Below, piece by piece: positions 1 to 8,528 of a DNA stretch of 64,000 bases. The position numbers and the translations under genes were made by a program. Source of the DNA: a virus (lineage: Duplodnaviria; Caudoviricetes); IMG/VR virus record IMGVR_UViG_3300033073_000980, positions 8,080 to 72,079 of that record, one strand, 5' to 3'. A model generated the notes under the pieces. That model did not search any database. It was not told where the DNA came from and was given only the letters and a program-made list of their open reading frames with translations. The stretch's first letter is position 1. Every line of letters begins with the position of its first letter.

Positions 1-453
1 AACCAGCTCTTCATATAGAGAGTAGTCAAACGAGATAGCAATCATATCAACATCCAACTTACTATCTAGAGTCTGATAGCATTCAACAATCTCTTCATAG
101 GTCTTTCCTTGAACTACTGCAATGCTTTTTCCTTTAGCGGTTGGTCTATGAAACTGATTCCAAACATAAGCATTAAAGATTGTTCTCTTAGCATCTTCCA
201 AAGCATCTGGAATGATATACCAGGTAGGTTCGAGCTTGTTATTCCATTCAAAGAACTTCTTCATATCAAAAGCTTCTCCTAATTCGAAGATTGAGTTATC
301 CAAAATAACTTCTCGCTCTTTGCAAGCTTTTGTGAATAACTCTTTGTAAGTTTCATCTTCTTCAAGCAAATGCACCAAGCAATAATCATAATCAGTCTTT
401 GACTGAACAAAGTAGAAAAGCCCGGTAGGTGATTCGTGTGCTATCTTGATCAT
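1..453 (-). CDS. DpdA/TGT-like 7-deazaguanine transglycosylase, N-terminal 151 aa (runs off window edge)
   Basis: Not in ORF track. Manual translation from ATG at 453: MIKIAHESPTGLF...VILDNSIFELG...WYIIPDALED...IAVVQGKT...DMIAISFD. The DNS-x-F, PD and VVQG motifs resemble the TGT/DpdA TIM barrel. TAATG overlap with folE. Confidence 0.6.
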   Translation of the reverse strand, partial: MIKIAHESPTGLFYFVQSKTDYDYCLVHLLEEDETYKELFTKACKEREVILDNSIFELGEAFDMKKFFEWNNKLEPTWYIIPDALEDAKRTIFNAYVWNQFHRPTAKGKSIAVVQGKTYEEIVECYQTLDSKLDVDMIAISFDYSLYEELV

Positions 454-1130
454 TACTTACAGCTATAACCTTTTACAAATTCGTAAAACTCTGCTCTTGC
501 TGAATCTTCTTCTAAGAAGCATCCTGAAAGCTTTGAGGTCTTCATAGAAGCTCCTGAATGCTTTACTCCTCGGCAAGATACGCAGTTATGAGTTGCTTCT
601 ACCATTACAGCTACTCCCTGGTTACCTTCACAAATCCTATTAACTGCATTATGTACTGCAACTGTATACTGTTCCTGAATTGTTCCTCGACGACCGAAGT
701 ATTCAACAATCCTATTCAGCTTTGACAAGCCAACAACCTTACCCTCTTTAGAAGGAATGTAACCGATATGAACTCGGCCTTGGATTGTTTGATGGTGATG
801 CGAACACATAGAGGTAATAGGAATATTGCCTTCAAATACCATTCCGTCGTATCCGTCTGAAGGGAATGCAGTGATGTTGTCCATCATGTCATAACGTCCT
901 TTCCACAAGTCAAATACGTATGCTTTTGCTACCCTGCGAGGAGTATCAGAAGAGTTAGGATCATTCCTCCAATCGCAACCTAGTGCGTCTAAAAACTGAC
1001 CGTAAGCTTCTGCTGCTTCATCTACCATCTTCCATTTCTCTTTCTCGGTGAATGGATAACCGGGTGCCTTGCCGTTAGCAAAGCCTAAGCCTGCTAATTC
1101 AAGACCGTCTGAAAATTCTTTTAAATCCAT
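453..1130 (-). CDS. folE: GTP cyclohydrolase I
   Basis: DTPRRVAK, SMCSHHHQTIQG, GLSKLNRIVEYFGRR, ATHNCVSCRG zinc motifs. Confidence 0.97.
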   Translation of the reverse strand: MDLKEFSDGLELAGLGFANGKAPGYPFTEKEKWKMVDEAAEAYGQFLDALGCDWRNDPNSSDTPRRVAKAYVFDLWKGRYDMMDNITAFPSDGYDGMVFEGNIPITSMCSHHHQTIQGRVHIGYIPSKEGKVVGLSKLNRIVEYFGRRGTIQEQYTVAVHNAVNRICEGNQGVAVMVEATHNCVSCRGVKHSGASMKTSKLSGCFLEEDSARAEFYEFVKGYSCK

Positions 1131-1166
1131 AAATATAATATACTAACTTTTGTCTTAATATGCAAC

Positions 1167-1493
1167 TTATAATCCAGCAACAGAAGTTCTTTCTGCCTCC
1201 ACTCTTGTCTGTCCTTCACTGTAAATGATCTTTCCTTTCTCATGCTCATTAGGATTGTATCGGATATTAGTCTTATAATAGTACAAAGGACCTTCGTAAT
1301 CGAAAGTCTCAGTCCCTAATTGCTTACCTAATTCAATCGCTTTTGGCCCAGTTATTCTTCTAGGTCCGTTGAATGATCTAAAATCGATATCTAATACACG
1401 ATACCACTTACCGTTGTTCATTTGAACTTCACACGCCCAAGCAGTATTAAAATCGAATACTAATTTACCAGTATTGCCTCTTTTTTCTCCCAT
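1167..1493 (-). CDS. hypothetical protein
   Basis: 108-aa ORF directly behind a promoter motif (1497-1528). Confidence 0.7.
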   Translation of the reverse strand: MGEKRGNTGKLVFDFNTAWACEVQMNNGKWYRVLDIDFRSFNGPRRITGPKAIELGKQLGTETFDYEGPLYYYKTNIRYNPNEHEKGKIIYSEGQTRVEAERTSVAGL

Positions 1494-1496
1494 GCC

Positions 1497-1528
1497 TAAA
1501 TATACGAATTAATCTGGAAGTAAGCCAG
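1497..1528 (-). promoter_or_regulatory. class 1 promoter (TTG-N20-TAnnTT type, weak -33)
   Basis: CTGGC-N17-CGTATATTTA, 3 nt before the ATG at 1493. Confidence 0.55.
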
Positions 1529-1715
1529 CTTTTTCTACTGCTGTCCAAACTCTAGTTTTCCATAGATTAATATCTACTCCTTCAATTTCTTTAGCACCGT
1601 TAATGGTCTCTTTTGAAAGCTGAACAATGCATAGATCAAACATTCTATCTGCCTGTGCTAAATTTCCTTGTTTTGCAAACTTTCTACCTAGTTTAAATTT
1701 TTCCTTTAATGTCAT
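1509..1715 (-). CDS. hypothetical helical protein
   Basis: Start revised from 1760 to MTLKEKFK at 1715, which lies just downstream of the promoter at 1730-1761. Confidence 0.65.
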   Translation of the reverse strand: MTLKEKFKLGRKFAKQGNLAQADRMFDLCIVQLSKETINGAKEIEGVDINLWKTRVWTAVEKAGLLPD

Positions 1716-1729
1716 AACTACTACTTGTC

Positions 1730-1761
1730 TTAATATACAAACTTTAATTCGAATAAGCAAC
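1730..1761 (-). promoter_or_regulatory. class 1 promoter
   Basis: GTTGC-N17-TGTATATTAA. Confidence 0.65.
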
Positions 1762-1947
1762 TGCTGTATGCTCTAATTCTTCTTTAGCTAATTGGTGATC
1801 CAAGGTCAGAAATAAACAAAGGTCTCGGAGCTGCTGGGGATAGTACAAAGCCATTTCCACCAGCAGTTCGTCCTCCATCGAGTCAAAGACCTGGCTGAAG
1901 TTTGGTACTTCTTCAGCAAGTTGTTGTTTCTTTTTACTCTTCTTCAT
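1744..1947 (-). CDS. hypothetical protein
   Basis: 67-aa ORF, 14-nt overlap with upstream small gene. Confidence 0.55.
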   Translation of the reverse strand: MKKSKKKQQLAEEVPNFSQVFDSMEDELLVEMALYYPQQLRDLCLFLTLDHQLAKEELEHTAVAYSN

Positions 1948-2053
1948 CAGCTACATAAGTCTTTTTCATAACTGGTTTTGGTTTCCTTGCTTTCAAAGAA
2001 TCCAACCATACTTTCAAAACGTGTAGCTTTTGTAAATTTGATGTCTTGCTCAT
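1934..2053 (-). CDS. small basic protein (39 aa)
   Basis: Manual ORF MSKTSNLQKLHVLKVWLDSLKARKPKPVMKKTYVADEEE; ATGA overlap with the SLT stop. Confidence 0.6.
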   Translation of the reverse strand: MSKTSNLQKLHVLKVWLDSLKARKPKPVMKKTYVADEEE

Positions 2054-2577
2054 AATTTAGTCCATTTATTTTTATAATCTTTATTCGATGTTGCGTACTG
2101 GGCGTAAGCGTTTCTGATAGGTTGACCGGAGTTATAAGCACCGCATGCTAATGTCCAGTCTCCATGAATTGAATACCACTTACGAAGCATCTGCATACTA
2201 ATCTTAACATTCAGATCAATATTAGTCTTCAATTCTTTCTCGTTGATGTGCCGTCTAACAAAAGGTCTAGCCCAACGGGTAATAATCTGCATCGGTCCAA
2301 CTGCTCCTGCAAATGACTTCTGATAAGGATTATAATCAAAATCAAAAGGGCCTTGGTATCGAGTTTCTAGATAAGCAACATTGTAAGCAATATGCTTTGG
2401 AATGTCGAAACTATCACTCCAGTGCTCAATCGACTCATACATCTGGAGTGAGATAGTTCCGTTAGCTAAATCTAAACGCTCTTCGAAGTAATCCATCCGA
2501 CGATCAATATTGAAGTACATTGCTCCAATAATTCCGAGGATGATAACCAAATACCAGTTTTTTAATTTAGCAAACAT
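2050..2577 (-). CDS. lytic transglycosylase (SLT domain) with N-terminal membrane anchor
   Basis: VAYLETRY (catalytic E), AVGPMQII, NVKISMQML, ACGAYNSG; hydrophobic N-terminus YLVIILGIIGAMYF. Confidence 0.9.
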   Translation of the reverse strand: MFAKLKNWYLVIILGIIGAMYFNIDRRMDYFEERLDLANGTISLQMYESIEHWSDSFDIPKHIAYNVAYLETRYQGPFDFDYNPYQKSFAGAVGPMQIITRWARPFVRRHINEKELKTNIDLNVKISMQMLRKWYSIHGDWTLACGAYNSGQPIRNAYAQYATSNKDYKNKWTKL

Positions 2578-2585
2578 AATTAGTC

Positions 2586-2903
2586 TTATTTAGTTACTAC
2601 AGGGGCAGCAATCTTAGAAGCATACATCTTAAAGATGATTCGACCTACTGAGTCACTATAAATAGTATAGCTTCCAGTCTTGCGATCCATCATTATTAAT
2701 TTGTCTTCTGAATCGATTGCAATTCGAACTTCCTTATTGAGGATAGTTTCGTTAACTGCTTTTGGCTTCATCTTCAATTCATTGAAGTAGTAGCCCAAAC
2801 CAAAGCCGGCAATCAAAGTTGCTGCAACGATGGTGATGTTCATGAATCGGTTGAAGGTAGTCTTCAACTTTGCTTTTTGTTCTGGTGTGATTAGGTTTTT
2901 CAT
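2586..2903 (-). CDS. single-TM membrane protein
   Basis: TM ITIVAATLIAGFGLGYYF. Confidence 0.7.
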   Translation of the reverse strand: MKNLITPEQKAKLKTTFNRFMNITIVAATLIAGFGLGYYFNELKMKPKAVNETILNKEVRIAIDSEDKLIMMDRKTGSYTIYSDSVGRIIFKMYASKIAAPVVTK

Positions 2904-2909
2904 AACTTA

Positions 2910-3206
2910 TTATTTTTCTTTTAGGTATTTTATTGCATTTACAACTTCCTGGCAAAGCTCATATACTTCGTTCTCTACTAGGATTTCTAAATTCTTCTCT
3001 AAAGTTACGATAAATTCTTCAGGATTGCAAGTCAAATCATAAAATTCATCTTCTTCTTCCATCTCTACTGAGATGATATACACATTTTTTTTAGTAGCAT
3101 CTAAATTTGCCAGTATTGCATTGCATATAATAGCTGCAAGGTTAGCATCTCGTTGTTTAACTTTCTCTATGAAGTCAGCCTCTGATTTAACTCTATAGGT
3201 TCTCAT
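2910..3206 (-). CDS. hypothetical protein
   Basis: 98-aa ORF, acidic, C-terminal EVYELCQEV helix. Confidence 0.7.
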   Translation of the reverse strand: MRTYRVKSEADFIEKVKQRDANLAAIICNAILANLDATKKNVYIISVEMEEEDEFYDLTCNPEEFIVTLEKNLEILVENEVYELCQEVVNAIKYLKEK

Positions 3207-3207
3207 A

Positions 3208-3363
3208 TTAGAAAAGATCTAGAGGGTTTCTTTTAAGTTTGTAGCCTTTCATCTTAGTTGCTTTCTCATCTGCTTTTAAAAGGTCAGTTGCCATTCTCTC
3301 AAGATGTTTCTTTTTTTCCCGTTCCTTGTTTTCAAGGATCTTTTCATGCTTTGTCTTTTTCAT
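3208..3363 (-). CDS. small basic protein (51 aa)
   Basis: Manual ORF MKKTKHEKILENKEREKKKHLERMATDLLKADEK...LDLF; fills the gap exactly. Confidence 0.6.
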   Translation of the reverse strand: MKKTKHEKILENKEREKKKHLERMATDLLKADEKATKMKGYKLKRNPLDLF

Positions 3364-4010
3364 AAGCGGCTAATAAAATCATCCTCCTCAGGCTCTTGAT
3401 CGACTAATCCTAATTCTTTTAATCTCTGGAGTTGGTATTCGTCAAGTTCCCAATCAGGCTCTTCTTGCTTATAAATAGTTACGTGATCTTCAAGTCCTTG
3501 AATTTGCCTGTTATCAAACACATCACCTACTGTTAGGAAAAAGCAATTGTAGCAAAGCAATTCTAGATTTTCTATCCTGTAATTTTTTTTATTTTTGTCT
3601 TTGAAATTCATAATCAAAGGCATTTTGTAATCAAGAACTCTCCTCTCTTGCATATGGCAAACACAACACTCCTCTAATAAGTAGCCTTCTGTTATCAACC
3701 TATCTTTGATCTTCTGAGGGGTGAATGAATGAGGTGATGCAAGACCTTCTGTAATATCTTTCAGCGATGGTTCATCTGACCTACCTACTAGAAATTTTGG
3801 AATACCTGCTCCGGATTGATTCTTATGCTTCTCCCAAAGACTTAAACCTGTTGCTTCGTCCTTATATTCTTTAGCGTATTTTTTATAATGAACAAAAGAT
3901 ACTGAAAGGTACCTAGCTGCTGCTCGGTTAGATCTAGTTCGGCTCATCGCCGACAATATCATATCTTTAGAAAGAAACTTAGTCTTGGTCATTATTTCCA
4001 GGTTCATCAT
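3360..4010 (-). CDS. HTH plus degenerate HNH-fold Zn-finger protein
   Basis: SNRAAARYLSVS helix-turn-helix; CCVC...NYRIENLELLCYNC matches the HNH scaffold but the His positions are replaced; start may be 3992. Confidence 0.65.
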   Translation of the reverse strand: MMNLEIMTKTKFLSKDMILSAMSRTRSNRAAARYLSVSFVHYKKYAKEYKDEATGLSLWEKHKNQSGAGIPKFLVGRSDEPSLKDITEGLASPHSFTPQKIKDRLITEGYLLEECCVCHMQERRVLDYKMPLIMNFKDKNKKNYRIENLELLCYNCFFLTVGDVFDNRQIQGLEDHVTIYKQEEPDWELDEYQLQRLKELGLVDQEPEEDDFISRL

Positions 4011-4236
4011 CCCGGAAGCCGGAAGATGTTTTTACGTCTTTACCGAAGATGTCTACATAAACTTCATGGTCCATAATAACTATATCGTTATAAGTATCTT
4101 CTCCTTCTCCTTTAGTAACAGTTACTGCTCTTTTCATTTTAGAGGAAGAACATTTCACACACGTGGTAGCTCCTGGTAATGCTTTTAAACGCCCTGCTGG
4201 GATCTCTTCTTTACATTTAGTACATAAAACTGTCAT
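3979..4236 (-). CDS. TraR/DksA-type C4 zinc-finger protein
   Basis: CTKCKEEIPAGRLKALPGATTCVKC. Confidence 0.85.
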   Translation of the reverse strand: MTVLCTKCKEEIPAGRLKALPGATTCVKCSSSKMKRAVTVTKGEGEDTYNDIVIMDHEVYVDIFGKDVKTSSGFRDDEPGNNDQD

Positions 4237-4259
4237 AACTTACTTTTTTAATTATTACT

Positions 4260-4291
4260 TAAATATATGAAAATCTTTTGAATAAATCAAC
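4260..4291 (-). promoter_or_regulatory. class 1 promoter
   Basis: GTTGA-N17-CATATATTTA. Confidence 0.65.
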
Positions 4292-4690
4292 TTAAAGGTC
4301 GAATTTGTATACTATAAGTTCATATAAATCTCCCGGTGTCTTGAAAAAGTACTCTGTTCCATCTTCATCCTCCCAGGCAATAATTTCTCCTGCTGCGTTC
4401 TTTCTTTCGTAAACATACCACCATACAATACTTGCAACCTCTTCATTAAAGGTAAACTGTAAGATTTCTTCCATCATAGTCCAGTATGGAGAAACAATAG
4501 TAGAAGTATCAATACCTGTAGTAGTGAAAATTTTATGTTCGTGAGCAACTAATTTTTCTAGATGAGTAATCATCTTAGTAAATAGTTTCTTCTCTTCTTC
4601 TAATCCAGAATCTTCTACTATATCAACAACTTTAAACCTAACCCCAAGAGCTTTTTCTAAAGTCTTTTTTATATTTTCAAAACCTTCCAT
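4292..4690 (-). CDS. hypothetical protein
   Basis: 132-aa ORF with phage-type IVWWYVYE motif. Confidence 0.7.
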   Translation of the reverse strand: MEGFENIKKTLEKALGVRFKVVDIVEDSGLEEEKKLFTKMITHLEKLVAHEHKIFTTTGIDTSTIVSPYWTMMEEILQFTFNEEVASIVWWYVYERKNAAGEIIAWEDEDGTEYFFKTPGDLYELIVYKFDL

Positions 4691-4694
4691 AAAA

Positions 4695-4856
4695 TTATAA
4701 CACTATTGTTGTTATTTCAAAAAGAGATAAAAATGTCTCTATATCTAACCCTTTTAATGCTGCAAAGAACATAGCTGCATCTTTAGAGTTTTGGAATACT
4801 CCGGAATTAATAATTTCTCTCGTTGAGTCGTTTTTGCTGTAAAATCCAAATCTCAT
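4695..4856 (-). CDS. small hypothetical protein (53 aa)
   Basis: Manual ORF MRFGFYSKNDSTREII...ITTIVL; ATGA overlap with upstream gene. Confidence 0.6.
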   Translation of the reverse strand: MRFGFYSKNDSTREIINSGVFQNSKDAAMFFAALKGLDIETFLSLFEITTIVL

Positions 4857-5170
4857 ATTTTTTCAATTATTGTTTTAATCTCTACACACTTTAGGTAATC
4901 CTCTTCCTCTTGATAAATAGTTAGGATAGTATTTAGTAATTTCTTGAACTCTTTCCGCACCAGGCAGAGATCTAATCCGTAGTAAACCATTCTGAATAAT
5001 ACTAGTTCTTCTTTGTGGTTAATAACAGCATCAGCAACTCTATCGTACACTCTTGTTTTTAATATTTCTTTAAACTCCGGAGTTCTAAGAGTTTCTAAGA
5101 AGCTTTGTTCTATATCTTCTTCGTCCTCAAAATAGACTTCGAGGTATATCGGTTCATCTAATTTGTTCAT
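4853..5170 (-). CDS. hypothetical protein
   Basis: 105-aa ORF ending EEEDYLKCVEIK (UVR-like helix). Confidence 0.65.
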   Translation of the reverse strand: MNKLDEPIYLEVYFEDEEDIEQSFLETLRTPEFKEILKTRVYDRVADAVINHKEELVLFRMVYYGLDLCLVRKEFKKLLNTILTIYQEEEDYLKCVEIKTIIEKI

Positions 5171-5934
5171 AGTAGTTTTGAATTATTAATTGGATTATGT
5201 TTTGCATACTGTCCCCACTTATACCTAAAGTATTCGTGACAGGCTTGTTCTTTAACTGCTTTGTTTTGTTTTTCTTCTGGTGTAGCTTCTGTTCCAACCG
5301 AAACAAAATGGTAGAAGTTGCATTTGTAGCTTCTAATCATTTTCATTCCTGATAGTTCACATTTGAGAAAGAATTCCCAATCCACTACCCAAGCACCTGG
5401 GTAAGATTCATCCCAACCACCTACTCGTAAATAGTCTACCTTTGACATAAAGATTGGTAATGTTGATCCTGTCTCCTCTACTTTATCTTCAAGGACAGAG
5501 CACTCATAATCCCAGAATGCCTGTAGGTCAAATGTTTTAGGATCTCTTCCTAAGTTCTTAATGTAGAACTGTCTAAACATAGAAGGGATAGGTTCTATCT
5601 GGTTTGGAGCTACTACAGAGTTTGGTTGATAACTTTCAGCTAATTTAAGATCCCAGTTGCAGGGAAAGACATTATCATCATTTACAATCAGAATCTTATT
5701 GAATTCAGCATTGTATACTCCTAAGTTAGTTGCACGGCAAAGTCCAACGTTCTCTTCTAAATTTAGAATCTCAATAGAGTCTTTATACTTGTCAAGAACC
5801 TCTTTATTAACCTCGTAGAACCCATCTACCACTACTATAATTTGATTGTTACAGGCTTGACCTTCGATTGCTGATCTTAAGCAAACATCAAGCACTTCAG
5901 GTTCTTTGTATGTAGGAATAATTACTGAGATCAT
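5167..5934 (-). CDS. glycosyltransferase family 2
   Basis: ISVIIPTYK, VVVDG, ENVGLCRATNLG, ILIVNDD, VGGWDE, VDWEF. Confidence 0.92.
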   Translation of the reverse strand: MISVIIPTYKEPEVLDVCLRSAIEGQACNNQIIVVVDGFYEVNKEVLDKYKDSIEILNLEENVGLCRATNLGVYNAEFNKILIVNDDNVFPCNWDLKLAESYQPNSVVAPNQIEPIPSMFRQFYIKNLGRDPKTFDLQAFWDYECSVLEDKVEETGSTLPIFMSKVDYLRVGGWDESYPGAWVVDWEFFLKCELSGMKMIRSYKCNFYHFVSVGTEATPEEKQNKAVKEQACHEYFRYKWGQYAKHNPINNSKLL

Positions 5935-6581
5935 TTGGTTGTCTTTTTAGGGAGTAGTAGGTACTGGTTAGTATCTCCGTGGATATACCCTATTCCGTTC
6001 AAGTGTATCAGTTCATAGTTTAAACTCTGTATAAAGGTATACAATTCTTCCTTGTCACATAGATCCCAATGGTGTTCTAGGTAGATAGCTGGTTTGTTAG
6101 CTTTTATAGTCTCCACAGCTCCTTTAAGCATCAAAAGCTCTGCTCCTTCAATATCAACTTTTATCAGCGAAAGACCTTTTAAATTAAAGGAATCTAATGT
6201 ACGTACAGGTACTGGTATGTGATCAACATCTGCCTGTAGTCGATAGACCGGACTACCTCCTTCCATAACTCTCAAATGCCCTTCACCATTGTAATCAGCA
6301 ATAGCATACTCATACACTTCAGCTTGTAAACTATTCAGCTGTAGATTTTCCTTTAATATTTCTGCATTACCCGAATGTGCTTCAAAGCAGATAATACCTG
6401 TATTGTTAAAATTGTCATTTAGGATCAAAGTCATTGTTCCATAATGTGCTCCAATATCTACTATCTTACCTTTTTTAATAGTATGTGTTTTTATAATATC
6501 GATATAGGAATCAAAAACATCTCCCTGGTCTTGGTTATGTTTGAATGGGTAGGGTTTACCTTGTAAATTTATTTCTGTCAT
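5931..6581 (-). CDS. FkbM-family methyltransferase
   Basis: VDIGAHYG, CFEA, IKVDIEGAELLMLKGA; start revised to 6581 (ATGA overlap). Confidence 0.92.
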   Translation of the reverse strand: MTEINLQGKPYPFKHNQDQGDVFDSYIDIIKTHTIKKGKIVDIGAHYGTMTLILNDNFNNTGIICFEAHSGNAEILKENLQLNSLQAEVYEYAIADYNGEGHLRVMEGGSPVYRLQADVDHIPVPVRTLDSFNLKGLSLIKVDIEGAELLMLKGAVETIKANKPAIYLEHHWDLCDKEELYTFIQSLNYELIHLNGIGYIHGDTNQYLLLPKKTTK

Positions 6582-7273
6582 ATTATACTCCAATCTGTTA
6601 AGGGTGATAACCAAGCTGTCTCTCCGTGAGTTGAATATCCTGGAATAGAAGTTATTAGTAATTCTCCTTGTTCTCTCAAATCTAAGAACATTTTAAAGTC
6701 TTCTGGGTAGCTTCCTTGAGTATATTTTCGAAGGGTTGGTTCTGTTTTTTTCAAAGTCTCTACTGTGGCTGCAAATGTCATTGTTGTTGAGTTAGTTATC
6801 TTCCAGTGGGTTGATTTTGTTAAGTAGACTCTAGTATCTTCTGCTCCTCCTTCGCAGTATGGATTTCCTCCTTGGCTTGGAGGAAGGTACTTATCAGGAT
6901 GGTCGTATAAAGATACAAAAGAAGCTCCTAATTCCAAACCTTCTAAAATAATTTTATCTGAATTTGGTTTATGTAGGTAATCATTTTCTAAAAAGTAAAT
7001 AACTTGATCGTCCGCTCCTTCTAAAGCTTCATTTAAAGCTAAGTTGAAAGTTCCAGCACCATGGCCAACAGAGACATACTCAATATAATTTCTAGGAATA
7101 TGTTTCTGAATCATGTCATTAGTCTCTTCTGAGATGTTATCTGCCAAGATTGTCCAATCGTGATCAAACCAAGGGAAGGTTTGAATAGCATTCTTTAGAC
7201 AAGCTTCGTTATTTATGTAGACCGGTTTAACCTTATTATAACCTGAGTCGGATATTCTATAGATTATTTTCAT
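6578..7273 (-). CDS. GT-A-fold glycosyltransferase-like protein
   Basis: FNLALNEAL, IYFLENDYLH DxD-like motif, FVSLYDHPD. Confidence 0.65.
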   Translation of the reverse strand: MKIIYRISDSGYNKVKPVYINNEACLKNAIQTFPWFDHDWTILADNISEETNDMIQKHIPRNYIEYVSVGHGAGTFNLALNEALEGADDQVIYFLENDYLHKPNSDKIILEGLELGASFVSLYDHPDKYLPPSQGGNPYCEGGAEDTRVYLTKSTHWKITNSTTMTFAATVETLKKTEPTLRKYTQGSYPEDFKMFLDLREQGELLITSIPGYSTHGETAWLSPLTDWSII

Positions 7274-7276
7274 ACT

Positions 7277-8164
7277 CTAAGATAGTACTTTTATTATGTG
7301 GTTTGCAACTTCTTTATCAGTTAAGTATGGATCTAATACTACATGGGGATCTCCAAAATACTCTCTAGGTCCTAATCTGGGTTGCTTAATTTTTTTCAAT
7401 ACCCCATTCCATCCATACAGCTGTAAATTAAAATCACCTGTGATGACCGTCTTAGTTCCTACTCCTGCAGCAATCGTAGCTAACCCTCCATCAGTTCCTA
7501 CAAAGGCATCGCAGTATTTCATCACAGATGCTTCAAACAAAAGTGACTTTTGATCATCATCAGGTAGGTGAATAGTTTGCTGTTGATTTGCATCACCGAC
7601 TCCGATTGGATATAAAGTAAAATGCTTCTGCAATTCATCTACGATGTACTGAATATCTCTATGTGCTCCTCCGTATCCTAAATTAGGAACATCAATACCT
7701 GCTTCATATTGCTCAGGAGTGAATAGGTAAGTCTTTGGTTGCCAATTAGTCATCAAAGCAATAACCGGTTTATTATAAGTTACTTTAAGTTCTTCAACCA
7801 CTTGTTCAGCAACTGCATCATATTCAGGTGTCGTATAGATTTTATACTCTGAAGATACTTTCTCCAATCCGGCTTGTTGTTGATACTGCTCACAAGGAGT
7901 AACTTGGTAGTCTAAAGATCCTAACTCAATAACCTTCCCATATTTACTTGTATCTACAGAGCAGTAAGGTTTAGGACCTGGATACTCAGATACAAATACA
8001 TTATCAATACTTGGATTGTTTTGGACCAATTGAGCTACTTGTGGAAAACCAATTAAGTAATCTACTGTTGAGTATTCTTTCTTTAACTTCTCAGCTAGAG
8101 ATGTTGCAAAGATAATATCTCCAAAGAAGCCAAAAGTAATTACTAAACAGTTAGTATTGCTCAT
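7277..8164 (-). CDS. GT9 (heptosyltransferase)-like glycosyltransferase
   Basis: FGFFGDIIFATSL, NNPSIDNV, FVGTDGGLATIAAGVGTKTV; start revised to 8164. Confidence 0.85.
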   Translation of the reverse strand: MSNTNCLVITFGFFGDIIFATSLAEKLKKEYSTVDYLIGFPQVAQLVQNNPSIDNVFVSEYPGPKPYCSVDTSKYGKVIELGSLDYQVTPCEQYQQQAGLEKVSSEYKIYTTPEYDAVAEQVVEELKVTYNKPVIALMTNWQPKTYLFTPEQYEAGIDVPNLGYGGAHRDIQYIVDELQKHFTLYPIGVGDANQQQTIHLPDDDQKSLLFEASVMKYCDAFVGTDGGLATIAAGVGTKTVITGDFNLQLYGWNGVLKKIKQPRLGPREYFGDPHVVLDPYLTDKEVANHIIKVLS

Positions 8165-8528
8165 AAGACTTCTCTTCAACAAACAAGGAACCGGTTAGTA
8201 GATTAATTTCTTTTTTAACCTCTGCTCTCTTATCATTCGTCCGGTAAATTTCTCTAGCTAACCTAATAAACTCTTCGTCAAATAATTTAGCTTTTTCCTT
8301 CATTCGAATATCATCTTCTAGATCCCATAGAGCTTCGTTAACCTCTTTGACTTTGCTGTAAAGAGCAAACACCTGACTGTCTTCTAAAAGTTTAGAACCT
8401 ATTTTAGTAAGCTCTTGATACTCTGTTCGAATGTTTTTTAGTTTACTTTCATCCGCAATACGTTCTGATTTAATTTGTAAGATGCTAATCTTATCTAACA
8501 ACTCTCCATCTGATATTTCTACTTTCAT
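8151..8528 (-). CDS. conserved helical protein of glycan loci (DUF6165-like)
   Basis: EISDGELLDKISILQIK...LWDLEDDIR...YRTNDKRA...FVEEKSY. Confidence 0.75.
   Translation of the reverse strand: MKVEISDGELLDKISILQIKSERIADESKLKNIRTEYQELTKIGSKLLEDSQVFALYSKVKEVNEALWDLEDDIRMKEKAKLFDEEFIRLAREIYRTNDKRAEVKKEINLLTGSLFVEEKSYEQY

Noticed and set aside
1947-2141. Track ORF MLITPVNL...
   Set aside because: It overlaps the SLT gene by about 90 nt; the alternative frame 1934-2053 has an ATGA overlap and fits the gap cleanly
3360-4010. Active HNH homing endonuclease (mobile element)
   Set aside because: The catalytic His positions are substituted; reported instead as a degenerate fold
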